Origin: Candidatus Woesearchaeota archaeon
GTDB lineage: Archaea; Nanobdellota; Nanobdellia; Pacearchaeales; GW2011-AR1
DNA length: 40,675 bases
Assembly (NCBI GenBank): GCA_964468255.1
Contig: CAYXTB010000003.1
Span: forward strand, 1 to 40,675
Direction of reading: 5' to 3'
Below the pieces are notes generated by a model. The model saw only the letters and a list, made by a program, of their open reading frames with translations, did not search any database and had not been told where the DNA came from. Numbering within the stretch: the first letter of the stretch is position 1; each line of letters opens with the position of its first letter. The position numbers and the translations under genes are program-made. Shown here one piece after another: positions 28,046 through 38,457 of the stretch.

Positions 28046-28966
28046 CTAAATCAAATAAGCCAGAAGCAGGGCAACAAAGCACCCTGCTGAGATGAAAGGC
28101 ATGGCGGGGTAGAACTTGCCTTTTTCTGAATAATAGAATAATAGGGCTAAGGCAATTGTCGCGCCTATGGAAATAAGAAGGGCTTGTATTGGGCCTAAAG
28201 CTCTTAGAACAACTCCTGCAAGAATTATTGGGAAAACAACATCGCCGCCGCCTAGAATTGCAACGTGAACTTTTATTTTTTTGCTTTTTACATCTGACTT
28301 TTTTACTTTCGCAAGAAGCTCTTTCTGCTTACTGCCAATATAAGGTATGAAGAAGCCAGAAAAGACCCTTACTTTCTTGATTTGGTATTTTGCCATTTTC
28401 TGCATGAAGCCGGAATGCCAGACAGCATAAACATCATAAATGGAAATTAAAATTAGAAGGATTATAATTGTCCAGATATTTAAAAGGGGAACAAAAATTG
28501 CTGCGATTCCAGGATATATTGCAAGCTCTGTAAGATTATGAACTAAAATATTTCTCTTAAAAACTTTGAAAAATGCGAGGGGGATTGCTAAAACTAAAGC
28601 AATTAAAGAAGAATGTATTATACCTAAAAGGGCTGCATTTATTGTAATAGCAAGGGCAATTATTATGACAATAAAAAACCAAACCCTAAGAATAATCTCT
28701 GCCTGAAATTTCATAAGAACAAGCATTATACTCAATGCTATAAAAAGAGCAATAATAATGGATATTAAATTTATTTTCGGATTTGTATCTTGAGGAGGTT
28801 CTGTTCCGTAAGGAAGATTATAGGAAGTAATATTTGCTATATTTCCGGAGCTGTCTATAACTTGCTTGACTTCTGGGGAATACGCATTTAGAACTGCAAG
28901 ACCTATTAATTGTGTCAAAAAAAACATGCCTAAAAGAAGGGCAGTAACTTTTATAGAATGCTTCAT
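28046..28966 (-). CDS. Presenilin/signal-peptide-peptidase family GxGD intramembrane aspartyl protease
   Basis: YD, LGGGD and PAMP motifs; multi-TM. Confidence 0.9.
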   Translation of the reverse strand: MKHSIKVTALLLGMFFLTQLIGLAVLNAYSPEVKQVIDSSGNIANITSYNLPYGTEPPQDTNPKINLISIIIALFIALSIMLVLMKFQAEIILRVWFFIVIIIALAITINAALLGIIHSSLIALVLAIPLAFFKVFKRNILVHNLTELAIYPGIAAIFVPLLNIWTIIILLILISIYDVYAVWHSGFMQKMAKYQIKKVRVFSGFFIPYIGSKQKELLAKVKKSDVKSKKIKVHVAILGGGDVVFPIILAGVVLRALGPIQALLISIGATIALALLFYYSEKGKFYPAMPFISAGCFVALLLAYLI

Positions 28967-29097
28967 TTTTATATTAGAAAGAGGTGACTTTTAAAGGTTT
29001 ATGGGCGTTTGATGAAATGAGAGAAAGAACAAAAAATAGATTTTAAAATAATAGAACCAGAAGAAGCAATTAATGAATTAGATAAACAATAAGTCTT

Positions 29098-30984
29098 CTA
29101 CTTCAGCCTAATCGTCTCGAGGTTTCTGGGGACAGAAGTCTCAATCCTATGCTGCTTGTATAAAGTAGAAGCTAAATCCAGACATTTAGAAACTTCTCCG
29201 TGATTAACTATAATCTTTTTTGGCTTTGGAACCATTCTGCTTATATATTGCAATAATTCATTCCTTCCAGAATGCGCAGATAAGCCATAAAGAGTCTGGA
29301 CTTCTAATTTTACCTCAACTTTTCCTCCATCACCATTAAGATAAACATTTTTTGCGCCTTCCTGGACTTGTCGGCCTGTAGAGCTTAAAGCCTGAAAGCA
29401 TGTAAAAACAACAAGATTATTTGGATTATCTGCCAAGTGCTTGAAATATTCTACAGATGCTCCTCCGACTAGCATTCCAGAGGTAGCTATAATTATGCAT
29501 GGACCTCCTTCAATAACTTCTTTTCTTTCTGCTGGGCTTCCTATTCTCTTAAAAATATCAGAGACAAAAGGATTATTATCTTGGAAGATTTGATTTCTTA
29601 CGCTTGCAGAGAGAAAATCCGGATATGCTGTATGAATTGCATTAATATCCCATATCATGCCGTCAATATAAACAGGTATCTTGGGCAATTCTCCTGTCCT
29701 GATTGCTTCTTCAACTCTAAGCATTGTTTCCTGTGCATGACCTAAGCCAAGTTCAGGAAGCAAAATTTTTCCATTCCTTTCAATTGTCTTTTTGATTAAG
29801 TCTGTAAACTTTGCCTCTGTCTCCTTCCTAGGAGGCAGAACATCATCTTTGCCTCCATAAGTAGCCTCTATTGTTAAAGTTTCGACTCTTGGGAAATGAT
29901 TATTTGCAGGATCTAATAAGCGGGTTTTCCCATATTTTGTATCTGCGCTATATACAAAATTATGCAACCCATTGCCTATATTAATATGAACTTGAGCTGC
30001 CCCAAGAACATGGCCAGCGTTATAAAAAGTTATTCTTATATCTGAAGTAATATCAGTAACTTCATTGAAATCAAGAGCAATAGAATGCCTGACCATTTCT
30101 TTTATATCTTCTGCCCTGAATAAAGGAGAAGCTGCCTGCTTGTATGCAACTCCAACAAAATCTAAAGCTAAAAGAGCTGAAATGTCCCGAGTTGGCTCTG
30201 TTAAATAAACTGGGCCTTTATAGCCCATTTTATATAAGTAAGGTATTGTCCCACAATGATCAAGATGAGCATGGCTCAAGATTATAGCATCTATCGAATT
30301 TAAATCGCCTATTTCAGCAACATTCAAATACGGAAATTTTTCAGGACCATCTGCAATTGCAGGGTTAATACCACAATCAAGAAGTATTTTTGAATTTGGC
30401 GTTTGTAAAAGCAAGCATGAGCGGCCTACCTGCCTTCCGCTTCCTAAATAAGTGACTCTTATCCACATATCCATTTTTTCAGGATTCCATTCTTTGTAAA
30501 TCTTTTTTCCTATATCATTCAGAAATTTCCTTCTGTAATTGTTATTTGCGTAAAGGACAGACCTTATCTTTTCAGTAATCTTACTTGGAATAATCGGGCT
30601 TCTTCTAATAGAAGGGCTCCAAAAAGTCGATTTCTTAATATCATTTAGAACAGAGCCTTGCTTTCCTATGACTAAGCCTGGCTTTTTTGCTTCTATTATA
30701 ACTGAAGACCTTTGAACGTCAAAAATTACGTTTGTAATTGAAGCTTCTTCAGGAACCAGGGCCCTTATTGTCTTTTCTGTCTCTGGCTCTGAAAGAAGGA
30801 CTGATTTTTCCGCCCTTAATTCAATTCTTTTCTTAATCTTGTCAACGACTTCCCTGACTTTTGATTCTCCTGCTTTGAAGAATTCCTTGTCCTCTGTATA
30901 AAGAACTATGTTTGCCCCTTCAAATTCTGCGTCAGTAATTACTTTCGGCAATTCTTCTTTTATGCTTTTTAATATATCTGCCAT
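29098..30984 (-). CDS. fttA: KH plus beta-CASP ribonuclease aCPSF1 / termination factor FttA
   Basis: PGLVIGK KH motif, HAHLDH, AGHVLG, SAH, NHGE. Confidence 0.95.
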   Translation of the reverse strand: MADILKSIKEELPKVITDAEFEGANIVLYTEDKEFFKAGESKVREVVDKIKKRIELRAEKSVLLSEPETEKTIRALVPEEASITNVIFDVQRSSVIIEAKKPGLVIGKQGSVLNDIKKSTFWSPSIRRSPIIPSKITEKIRSVLYANNNYRRKFLNDIGKKIYKEWNPEKMDMWIRVTYLGSGRQVGRSCLLLQTPNSKILLDCGINPAIADGPEKFPYLNVAEIGDLNSIDAIILSHAHLDHCGTIPYLYKMGYKGPVYLTEPTRDISALLALDFVGVAYKQAASPLFRAEDIKEMVRHSIALDFNEVTDITSDIRITFYNAGHVLGAAQVHINIGNGLHNFVYSADTKYGKTRLLDPANNHFPRVETLTIEATYGGKDDVLPPRKETEAKFTDLIKKTIERNGKILLPELGLGHAQETMLRVEEAIRTGELPKIPVYIDGMIWDINAIHTAYPDFLSASVRNQIFQDNNPFVSDIFKRIGSPAERKEVIEGGPCIIIATSGMLVGGASVEYFKHLADNPNNLVVFTCFQALSSTGRQVQEGAKNVYLNGDGGKVEVKLEVQTLYGLSAHSGRNELLQYISRMVPKPKKIIVNHGEVSKCLDLASTLYKQHRIETSVPRNLETIRLK

Positions 30985-31117
30985 TTTGCTTTTCTTATAT
31001 CAATAAAATAAAACTTAGATATCTCCTATTATATTGTTATCATTTAGATTATCTTTCATATTCTTTCTTGCTTATTTTACTCGTTATACTCATCTTTTGC
31101 GTCTTAAAATTGAAAAA

Positions 31118-31786
31118 TTACTTATATTGAGACACTATTTCCTCAGAGACTACTTGCTTTATGCCATCTTTTGTTATGGTGAATACGTCTATGCCATTGC
31201 CGGAGCCAACATCCCTTTGCGTTGAAGATTTTATGCACTCTTTGACAAGCTCAACCCCTTCTTTTATAGATAAATCTTTCTTGTACTGCCTTTCAAGCAA
31301 ACCAAATATAAAAGGCATTCCTGATGAAAAGTTAGCATCGTAATCTTTGACTTCATATATGCCTCCTGCGGGCTCGATGCTGAAAAGAAAGCTCTTTCCA
31401 TCTTCATCAACGCCAGCTATAAGAGTTCCTACTATATTTGGTATCATTGTAGACATCCTAATATTTCTATATATCATCATGGCAAGTAGATGGGCTGCTT
31501 CTTTTATAGTTGGTCTGGATTTTGTCTTTAATTCTTTCAGGCGAAGCTCTGCCGCTATAATTTTATGCACTAACTGCGCATCTGCAACTCCTCCCGTATA
31601 ACAAACTGCCAAATACTCATTTACCTTCATTATTTTAACATAATCTTTATTCATTAATAAAGTCCCGGAAGTCACTCTTCTATCTGCTCCTAAAACAACT
31701 CCATCTTTGCAAACTAATCCAACTAAAGAAGTGTTTGATTTTAGCATATTTTGCTGTATTCCTGTGTTTGTATCCATATTATTCAT
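31118..31786 (-). CDS. psmB: Proteasome beta subunit
   Basis: TSLVGLVCKDGVVLGADRR, Lys33, RDVGSG; conserved synteny with aCPSF1. Confidence 0.93.
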   Translation of the reverse strand: MNNMDTNTGIQQNMLKSNTSLVGLVCKDGVVLGADRRVTSGTLLMNKDYVKIMKVNEYLAVCYTGGVADAQLVHKIIAAELRLKELKTKSRPTIKEAAHLLAMMIYRNIRMSTMIPNIVGTLIAGVDEDGKSFLFSIEPAGGIYEVKDYDANFSSGMPFIFGLLERQYKKDLSIKEGVELVKECIKSSTQRDVGSGNGIDVFTITKDGIKQVVSEEIVSQYK

Positions 31787-31939
31787 TTTAATGAGAATAG
31801 AGAACCTCTCTGGTCTATTATTTAAAAAGGAAAGAGTATTTAAGTTTTTTGGTTTTCATGCATTGTTGCATCTACGGGTGTTTTCGTAAGGCTTTTAAGT
31901 AAGGAATCCTTTACTTTTTCAATGGCGGAAAATAACAAT

Positions 31940-34018
31940 TTAAGAACTGTTGGCTGAAAGCGGCTGGAATGCACCTATTCTCTCTGCTGAGGAGGATTTA
32001 TCTTTTTTTATTTTTATTACTGAATCAACAAAGCCTTCAATTTTCTGCTCATGACTAACTATTATTAATTGAGAAACATTTAATTCCTGAAATATGCTGC
32101 GCATCTTTTCTATCTGCGCTTCTGAGAATCCTTCTGTTGGCTCGTCGAGAATTACTAAATCTCTGGTTTTAATGTTACTAAGTATTGAATTGATTGTTTG
32201 ATTTAAAGCAAGCCTATAAGCTAGCGCAACTGCTGTCCTCTCTCCTCCTGAAAGGAATTCATAAGACATTTCAGCGCCGTTATGTATAATAACCGGAGTG
32301 AAATTCTCATCAAGATTGGATTCAAATAAATCCTGGACTAAAAGGTAGAACCATTTGTTAAAAAGCTTTGAAAACTCAAGCCTTAACTTGAGCATGACAT
32401 TTCTTTCTGTAAAATTGATGAGAGAAAGAAATTGGTTTGAAAGCCAATCCTGAATTTCAAGCAGATTAGATAGCTTTTTTTTCTGCATTTCTTTTAAATT
32501 AATTGATTCTTCAAGAGCAAAAATCTCTTTATGCATCAATTCCAGCTCCTTCTTTAGCTCTGCTAATGCTATTTCCTGATTCTTTTCCTCAAGAAAGGCT
32601 TTTTTCAGCTCGTCATGCTTTAATTTGTAAAGATTCTTATATTTTGAGAAAGCTAGTATGCTTTCTTTTAATGAATCAAAGTGCTTTGATAATAATGAAA
32701 TGTCTTTATCCAGATTTTCCCTGCTTTTTTTCATATCAACAATCTTTTTCCTTGATTTTTCCAAATCCTGAGTTTTTGATTTAAGAATTTCAAGATAAAG
32801 CTTTCTATCATCTAATTTTGATATCTCGCACTTTATCTTTTCCAGCTCTAAAAGAATAATTGATTTTTCCTGCTCAAGCGATTCAAGATTTTTTTTCAAT
32901 TCTGAAAGAGTATTTTCTGATGCGTTTAGAATATTGTGCTTATGAGAGTCAGGGACATTTTGCAAACAAGTTGGGCAGAAATGCATCTTAAAAATGCGCT
33001 CAATCGTATCAGTATTGTCCTTTCTTGCCTGTTCAAGGGAATTTATCCTACTCTTTATTTCAATAAATCTTGAATGTTTTTCATCCAAAATTTTCTTCAT
33101 TTCTGCTATTTCCCTTAGAATCGACAAAAATTCTTCTTCTTTGAATGTCTCCTTTAATTCTGAAATATCCTTTTCTGTTTCATTTATGTCTTTATTCAAA
33201 ACTAGAAGGCTTTCTCTCTTTGAGGTGAAAAGAAATTTTGTCTTATCAAGCCCTGCCTCTAACCTCTCACCCTCTTTAATCTTGCTTTCAAGCTCTATTG
33301 CGCTTGATTCTATGCCTTTCCTTATCTTTATTTTTTCTGCAACGCTGATTTCCTTTTCCTTAACCTTTTTCTCAATTGTATTTAAAGATTCTTTTATCAA
33401 AGCAAAGTTGGCTTTGTCTGAATCAAGTTTTTTTATTTCGCCTTGAATAATTTTTGAATCTTCCTTTAATTTGTTAATTAGAATAGAAAGATTTTCCCTT
33501 ATTATTTTATATTTGTCCATCCCAAAAATATGCCTTAAAACGTTTAGCCTGACCTCTGGCTCCTCAAGGATAATCTGCTTCATCTGCTCTTGGGGCGTAT
33601 AAACTGTGTATCTGTAAAGAAGATTATTTTTCTTTATGAATTCTGGAGGGTAATTTAAAAGCTTTAAAATTTTAGTCTTTAGCTCTGTAATTGAACACTC
33701 TGTTTTCTCTCCATTTATGGAAATAGCAGAGTACTCATTTGTGACTGATCTTCCTCTCTTGAGCTTCCTTTCTATAATAATCTCCTGATCAGAGATTTCC
33801 ATTTCCAATATGACTTCTCCTATATAAGAGTTATTCCTGAGCAAGGCAGAGCCTGTTTGGCCTGGTTGCAAGCCAAAAAGAGCATACTCAATGGCTAGCA
33901 AAATTGAGGTTTTCCCGGAGCCAACATCTCCTGAAAGTAAGAGAGAGCCATCTGGGAAAATTATCTCTCCCTCTTCATAACTTCTTATGTTCTTCAAGGT
34001 AACTTTTTTTAGCTTCAT
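31940..34018 (-). CDS. rad50: Rad50/SbcC ATPase
   Basis: GDVGSGKT, CPTC zinc hook, LSGGE, ILDEPT, VSH. Confidence 0.9.
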   Translation of the reverse strand: MKLKKVTLKNIRSYEEGEIIFPDGSLLLSGDVGSGKTSILLAIEYALFGLQPGQTGSALLRNNSYIGEVILEMEISDQEIIIERKLKRGRSVTNEYSAISINGEKTECSITELKTKILKLLNYPPEFIKKNNLLYRYTVYTPQEQMKQIILEEPEVRLNVLRHIFGMDKYKIIRENLSILINKLKEDSKIIQGEIKKLDSDKANFALIKESLNTIEKKVKEKEISVAEKIKIRKGIESSAIELESKIKEGERLEAGLDKTKFLFTSKRESLLVLNKDINETEKDISELKETFKEEEFLSILREIAEMKKILDEKHSRFIEIKSRINSLEQARKDNTDTIERIFKMHFCPTCLQNVPDSHKHNILNASENTLSELKKNLESLEQEKSIILLELEKIKCEISKLDDRKLYLEILKSKTQDLEKSRKKIVDMKKSRENLDKDISLLSKHFDSLKESILAFSKYKNLYKLKHDELKKAFLEEKNQEIALAELKKELELMHKEIFALEESINLKEMQKKKLSNLLEIQDWLSNQFLSLINFTERNVMLKLRLEFSKLFNKWFYLLVQDLFESNLDENFTPVIIHNGAEMSYEFLSGGERTAVALAYRLALNQTINSILSNIKTRDLVILDEPTEGFSEAQIEKMRSIFQELNVSQLIIVSHEQKIEGFVDSVIKIKKDKSSSAERIGAFQPLSANSS

Positions 34019-35163
34019 ATTCCTAAAACTTTTTTAGATTCTGACAATATTCTTTCTTCAAAAACAGCGAGCCTCTCGTCCTCTAATTTCTCTATTTGAA
34101 GAGCCCTCATAAGCTGAATTATGTAAGGATTAAGCTTGCTTGGATTGCTTTCCTCAAATTTTTTTATTACTTGAGATTCTATATTTACCGTATCCAAAAC
34201 CTCCATTTTGATTTCTGATTCCTGCGTATGAAGTCTTGAAGTTGTTCTTAGAAATGAAAAGCAATTTCTTTTTTTCAAATAAGATTCTATCTTATGAAAG
34301 TCTATATCAGATGTCTTGCCTTTTTCTAAAATTCCGGAGAGTTTTAAAATGACAATCTTATCCTTAACTTCTAGAGAATCCAGAGATTTTATTATATATT
34401 CTGTGGCGTTTAAAGCATCTTTTATCTCTAAACTTAATGGCAAAACGTCTTTAATTTTTATTTCTTCCCTTTTAATCTTACCATCATCAAAAATATAAAA
34501 AGAGCCTGCCCTTAACTCCTCTAATTCAGAAATATTATTAGGAAAGATAGGGCCAGAGTAAACTCTATTTTCCCTGCAATAATTTATGTGTAAGTGCGAG
34601 AGGGCAAGATAGTTAACTCTTGGCAGCTTTGTATGGTCAACAGCTTTTATTGGCATCGCTCCAAGAGCGTCCCTTATCGCTGTATGAAGCATAAGTATTT
34701 TAAAAAGACCTGGGGAATCCTGCAAACTTATTCTTTCAATTTCTTCAACTTCCAATGATGATTTTTTCCCAGGATAGCCGTAAATTGCGACATTCTTATA
34801 AAGAGTAGGCAAAAGAATTATTTTATCAGCCCTTTCCTCAAAAATTGAAACATTCCTGCAGAAGCCTGCTTTTTCTAAAACCTCTAGAAACGATTTTCCA
34901 GAGACTGAATAATCGTGGCTGCCTGCTATAATAAAAACAGGTATATTGGAATCTTTTAATCTTTTAAATTCCTGGAAGGCTTCTTTCAAAGTCTCAATAG
35001 GAGGATACGCAGAATCGAATAAATCTCCTGTAATAAGCGCAAAATCAACTTTTTCTTTTATGCACTTATCAACTGCTATTTGGAAACTTCTAAAGTTGAG
35101 CTCATTTAGCTCTAGCTGCCTCCATCCACCTAAATGACAATCTCCTAGATGTGCAAATTTCAT
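34015..35163 (-). CDS. mre11: Mre11/SbcD nuclease
   Basis: DCHLG, GDLFD, GSHD, SHLH; overlaps rad50. Confidence 0.9.
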   Translation of the reverse strand: MKFAHLGDCHLGGWRQLELNELNFRSFQIAVDKCIKEKVDFALITGDLFDSAYPPIETLKEAFQEFKRLKDSNIPVFIIAGSHDYSVSGKSFLEVLEKAGFCRNVSIFEERADKIILLPTLYKNVAIYGYPGKKSSLEVEEIERISLQDSPGLFKILMLHTAIRDALGAMPIKAVDHTKLPRVNYLALSHLHINYCRENRVYSGPIFPNNISELEELRAGSFYIFDDGKIKREEIKIKDVLPLSLEIKDALNATEYIIKSLDSLEVKDKIVILKLSGILEKGKTSDIDFHKIESYLKKRNCFSFLRTTSRLHTQESEIKMEVLDTVNIESQVIKKFEESNPSKLNPYIIQLMRALQIEKLEDERLAVFEERILSESKKVLGI

Positions 35164-35237
35164 GAAATTTGCAAAAGCAAAGATTATATATAGATTATTG
35201 TAATGTTCTAGGACAGATAAAAAAACTATTGGGACTG

Positions 35238-35723
35238 CTAGGAGCAGGTTATTGACTGAATAACAATTGCATTAGAACAGGCAGCCACTTTGTCTTTAAC
35301 TAAAAGAGCCGGCTGGATTTCCAGCTCATATTTAGTGATTCCTGGCTGAGTTACATTTACTATGTTATAAATTCCAGAAGATTTATTACCTGGAGCTAAG
35401 ACTGGAACAAAATAAAACTCCGAGTTATTTTTGTTGACCCAAGATCTTACTTTTTTTCCTTCGATAGCTATTCTTATATATGCTGCGTCAACTGAAAAGC
35501 GCCCTTTATTTGAGATAGTTAAACTCAAATTATGTCCTATTACAGAACATGAATAATTTTGCACAACAAGGCTTATCCCTTCCTTGCATTCTGGCTGCTC
35601 TTTTGGAACATATGTCCTTAAATAGGCAAAAACTAAAACACTTAAGCCGACAGCTATAACTACAAGAAACATGTATGCTACCATTTCGCTTACTGCCTTT
35701 TTTTTCTTATATTCCTGTAACAT
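35238..35723 (-). CDS. Type IV pilin
   Basis: KKA|VSEMVAYMFLVVIAV. Confidence 0.82.
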   Translation of the reverse strand: MLQEYKKKKAVSEMVAYMFLVVIAVGLSVLVFAYLRTYVPKEQPECKEGISLVVQNYSCSVIGHNLSLTISNKGRFSVDAAYIRIAIEGKKVRSWVNKNNSEFYFVPVLAPGNKSSGIYNIVNVTQPGITKYELEIQPALLVKDKVAACSNAIVIQSITCS

Positions 35724-36186
35724 ATCGCTCTTCGTTAACCTCTTTCTTAACTGCTACATATATATTTTGTCCTTTTGTAACATTAAATAAGTATTTAATG
35801 TTTGGGCTTAATGATATTGTAATTAAATCATTCTGGATTGTTACATTATTTGAGCTATCAAGTGCCTGCTCAGAGCCTTTTGCATAATAAGTGTAATTCA
35901 TCTCGCCCTTTTTTCCGTATACAACTATAAGATTAACATCAGGATTTGAAGCTGCATAAGAATTTGTAATGTTTTTCACGTTCTTATTTATCTGGCTTTG
36001 ATTCAGCTCAAGAAACAGTCCGTTGTTCATTATCTGGGCAGATTCGTATTTTATATCTTCTGCCAAAGAAAAGACTTTTGAATCATGAACTGGAGCGCTA
36101 GCAGTATTATAAATTGTGCCAAGACCAAAAATAACCGAAACCAAAATCAAAGCTGCTATAATAAAAAACTGCCCCTTTTTGTCCAT
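35707..36186 (-). CDS. Pilin-like protein
   Basis: KKG|QFFIIAALIL. Confidence 0.75.
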   Translation of the reverse strand: MDKKGQFFIIAALILVSVIFGLGTIYNTASAPVHDSKVFSLAEDIKYESAQIMNNGLFLELNQSQINKNVKNITNSYAASNPDVNLIVVYGKKGEMNYTYYAKGSEQALDSSNNVTIQNDLITISLSPNIKYLFNVTKGQNIYVAVKKEVNEERYVTGI

Positions 36187-36220
36187 TGGATAAAAGAGAA
36201 AAAGAAGTTTTTATATGTTG

Positions 36221-36479
36221 TGTAGACGGGGAGTTTGCTCGGCTTGTCTAAACCAGGAAACCTCCAACTTTTCTCGGCTTTGCTGCCCTATAAGCATCCT
36301 GATTCCTGTTTAGGGCTGCTTCATTCCTGACCTGACCCATTTCGCAGGAGCAAGATCGAACAGGACAAAGCGTCAACGTCCAGCTGAAGACTGGAAAAAA
36401 CTGACCTCACTTGCTCCTTTGCGGCCCACTTAAAGCCCGCTAGTGTATGGCGCAGGGCTAGAGCGCCGGCCTGTCTACA
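36221..36479 (-). ncRNA. ffs: Signal recognition particle RNA (large type with Alu domain)
   Basis: Helix 8 GGGUCAGGUCAGGAAUGAAGCAGCCC (36313-36338), closing helix tgtagac/gtctaca, two 5' hairpins with complementary loops (agccc/gggct), TATA about 29 nt upstream. Confidence 0.88.
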
Positions 36480-36523
36480 ACATAGACAGGATTTAGAAGA
36501 CTTATAAACCTAATGATTTGAAA

Positions 36524-36697
36524 TCATTCATCATCGAACTTTTCGATTTGCCTTTTGATTTTCTGCAAATCTACCTTTGCTCTTGCTTCATTCACTTTCT
36601 TATCTGGCTTTGATGCCATGGCAAATAAAAGAACTAAAAGAATGATAAAAAGAAGAATTACTCCTATTAGCATTGCAAATATTAATTCCTGTGTCAT
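36524..36697 (-). CDS. 57-aa single-TM microprotein (not in the ORF track)
   Basis: MTQELIFAMLIGVILLFIILLVLLFAMASKP...; TATA-like sequence upstream. Confidence 0.65.
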   Translation of the reverse strand: MTQELIFAMLIGVILLFIILLVLLFAMASKPDKKVNEARAKVDLQKIKRQIEKFDDE

Positions 36698-36741
36698 GAA
36701 TTAAAGAGATAAATGGGTTATTTAACCATTATTGTAGTAAA

Positions 36742-38427
36742 TTACATTTTTTCAATGACTTGGATTCCTAAAAGAGAAAGAGCGTTTTTTAATACATAAG
36801 CAAAAGCAGAGACTAATGTAAGCCTGAAATTTTCTTCCTGTGAGCCAATGACCTGAGAAGAATGATAAAATTCATTAAACATCTGAGATATATTGTATGA
36901 ATAATGCGCTATTAAAGAGGGATTTAGTTCACTATAGGCGTGTTCTGCAATTTCTGGAAATGCGCTAAGACTAATAATCAGTGCCTTCTCTTTATCATTT
37001 ATTTTTTTTATCTCGAATTTCTTTGGCTTGTAATCTGCCTTTCTTAATATGCTTCTTGCCCTTGCATAAGTATAGAGAAGATAAGAGCCGGTGTCGCCTT
37101 CGAAAGATATTGATTCTTCCGGCTTGAAAATTATATCTTTTGCCCTATCAATCTTAAGAAAATAGTAACGCAAGGCAGCCATTGCAATTGCCTCTGCTCT
37201 CATTAATTTTTCTTTTTTTAATAAGTCTTTATATCTTGAATCTAGCTCTTTCAAAGCCAGATATTCCATTTCTGCAATTAAATCGTCTGCGTCTACTACA
37301 TTACCTTCTCTTGATTTCATTCTTCCTGATTCGAGATTAACCATCCCATAATTTAAATGATACAATCTACTAGCCCATTTGAAACCTAATAACTTTAGAA
37401 TCGCGAAAAGAGTTTTGAAATGGTGATTTTGCTCTGAAGCACTAACATAAATAGACTTATCAAAAGATAATTCTTTGTATCTTAGCAGAGCTAAATACAA
37501 ATCTTGCGTTATATAAATTGAAGTGCCGTCAGCTCTTAAAAGTATTTTTTCTCCTAACCCTTCATCTTTTAAATCTGCGAAAACTGCTCCATCTTCTTTC
37601 TTTTTCAATATGCCATTTTTGAGCCCTTTATTTATTATATTCTTGCCTTCTTTGTATATCTTTGATTCAAAATATTCCTTGCTTGCTTTATAGCCAAATT
37701 TTTTATAAGTTTCTTTAAAGCCTGAAAAAGCCCAGGAATTCATCTTTTTCCATAGAGCTGTTATCTTCTTGTCTCTTGATTCCCATCTTTGAAGGCAATC
37801 CTGGGCCTCTTTTTCCAGTGATGGATTTTCTTTGGCTTTTTGGCTGAAAAGAACATAATAATCTCCTATAAAATGGTCTGATTTTTTCTTTGCTTTTTGA
37901 GGGGAGTCGGCCTTGCCAAATTTTGCATAGGCAACCATTGACTTACATATATGAATTCCTCGGTCATTATTTAAGTTGACAATCTTCACATTGCCACCGT
38001 AAAATTCTAATATTTTTTTGACTGACTGCCCTAAAATTATATTTCTAGCATGGCCTATATGCAATGGCTTGTTAGTATTTGGGCTTGGAAATTCCAGAAC
38101 AACTTTTCCCTTTACATCATGGGAGCCATATTTGTCTTTTTCCTTTAAAATCTTTTTTAAAACTTGAGAAGCAATTAATTTTCTATCAATAGAAAAATTA
38201 ATATAGGGACCAATAGATTTTATTTTCTCAAAATTCTGAGATTTTATTTTTTTTGATATTTCCTCGGCTATTTGAGCAGGATTTTTCTTTAATTTCTTTG
38301 CCAAGATAAAACAAGGAAAGGCATAATCGCCTAAATCTAGATTTTTGGGAATTTCTATTAACTTTTCTATTTCTTCCTTCTTTAAAGGAACAAGAGAAGA
38401 TAAAAGCAAAGATATTTTATCTTTCAT
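36742..38427 (-). CDS. argS: Arginine--tRNA ligase
   Basis: EFPSPNTNKPLHIGH, MKSREG, YLLYTYAR, C-terminal M. Confidence 0.96.
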   Translation of the reverse strand: MKDKISLLLSSLVPLKKEEIEKLIEIPKNLDLGDYAFPCFILAKKLKKNPAQIAEEISKKIKSQNFEKIKSIGPYINFSIDRKLIASQVLKKILKEKDKYGSHDVKGKVVLEFPSPNTNKPLHIGHARNIILGQSVKKILEFYGGNVKIVNLNNDRGIHICKSMVAYAKFGKADSPQKAKKKSDHFIGDYYVLFSQKAKENPSLEKEAQDCLQRWESRDKKITALWKKMNSWAFSGFKETYKKFGYKASKEYFESKIYKEGKNIINKGLKNGILKKKEDGAVFADLKDEGLGEKILLRADGTSIYITQDLYLALLRYKELSFDKSIYVSASEQNHHFKTLFAILKLLGFKWASRLYHLNYGMVNLESGRMKSREGNVVDADDLIAEMEYLALKELDSRYKDLLKKEKLMRAEAIAMAALRYYFLKIDRAKDIIFKPEESISFEGDTGSYLLYTYARARSILRKADYKPKKFEIKKINDKEKALIISLSAFPEIAEHAYSELNPSLIAHYSYNISQMFNEFYHSSQVIGSQEENFRLTLVSAFAYVLKNALSLLGIQVIEKM

Positions 38428-38457
38428 GGATAAAGATTGAAAAGAGAATTAATAAAA

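Noticed and set aside
29010-29091. Short peptide-like remnant (…DFKIIEPEEAINELDKQ)
   Set aside because: Too short and lacks a clear start; cannot be supported without a search.
31940-35163. SMC-based defence system (Wadjet/Lamassu)
   Set aside because: The zinc hook plus adjacent Mre11 phosphoesterase indicate ordinary Mre11-Rad50; the absence of nurA/herA here says nothing about the rest of the genome.
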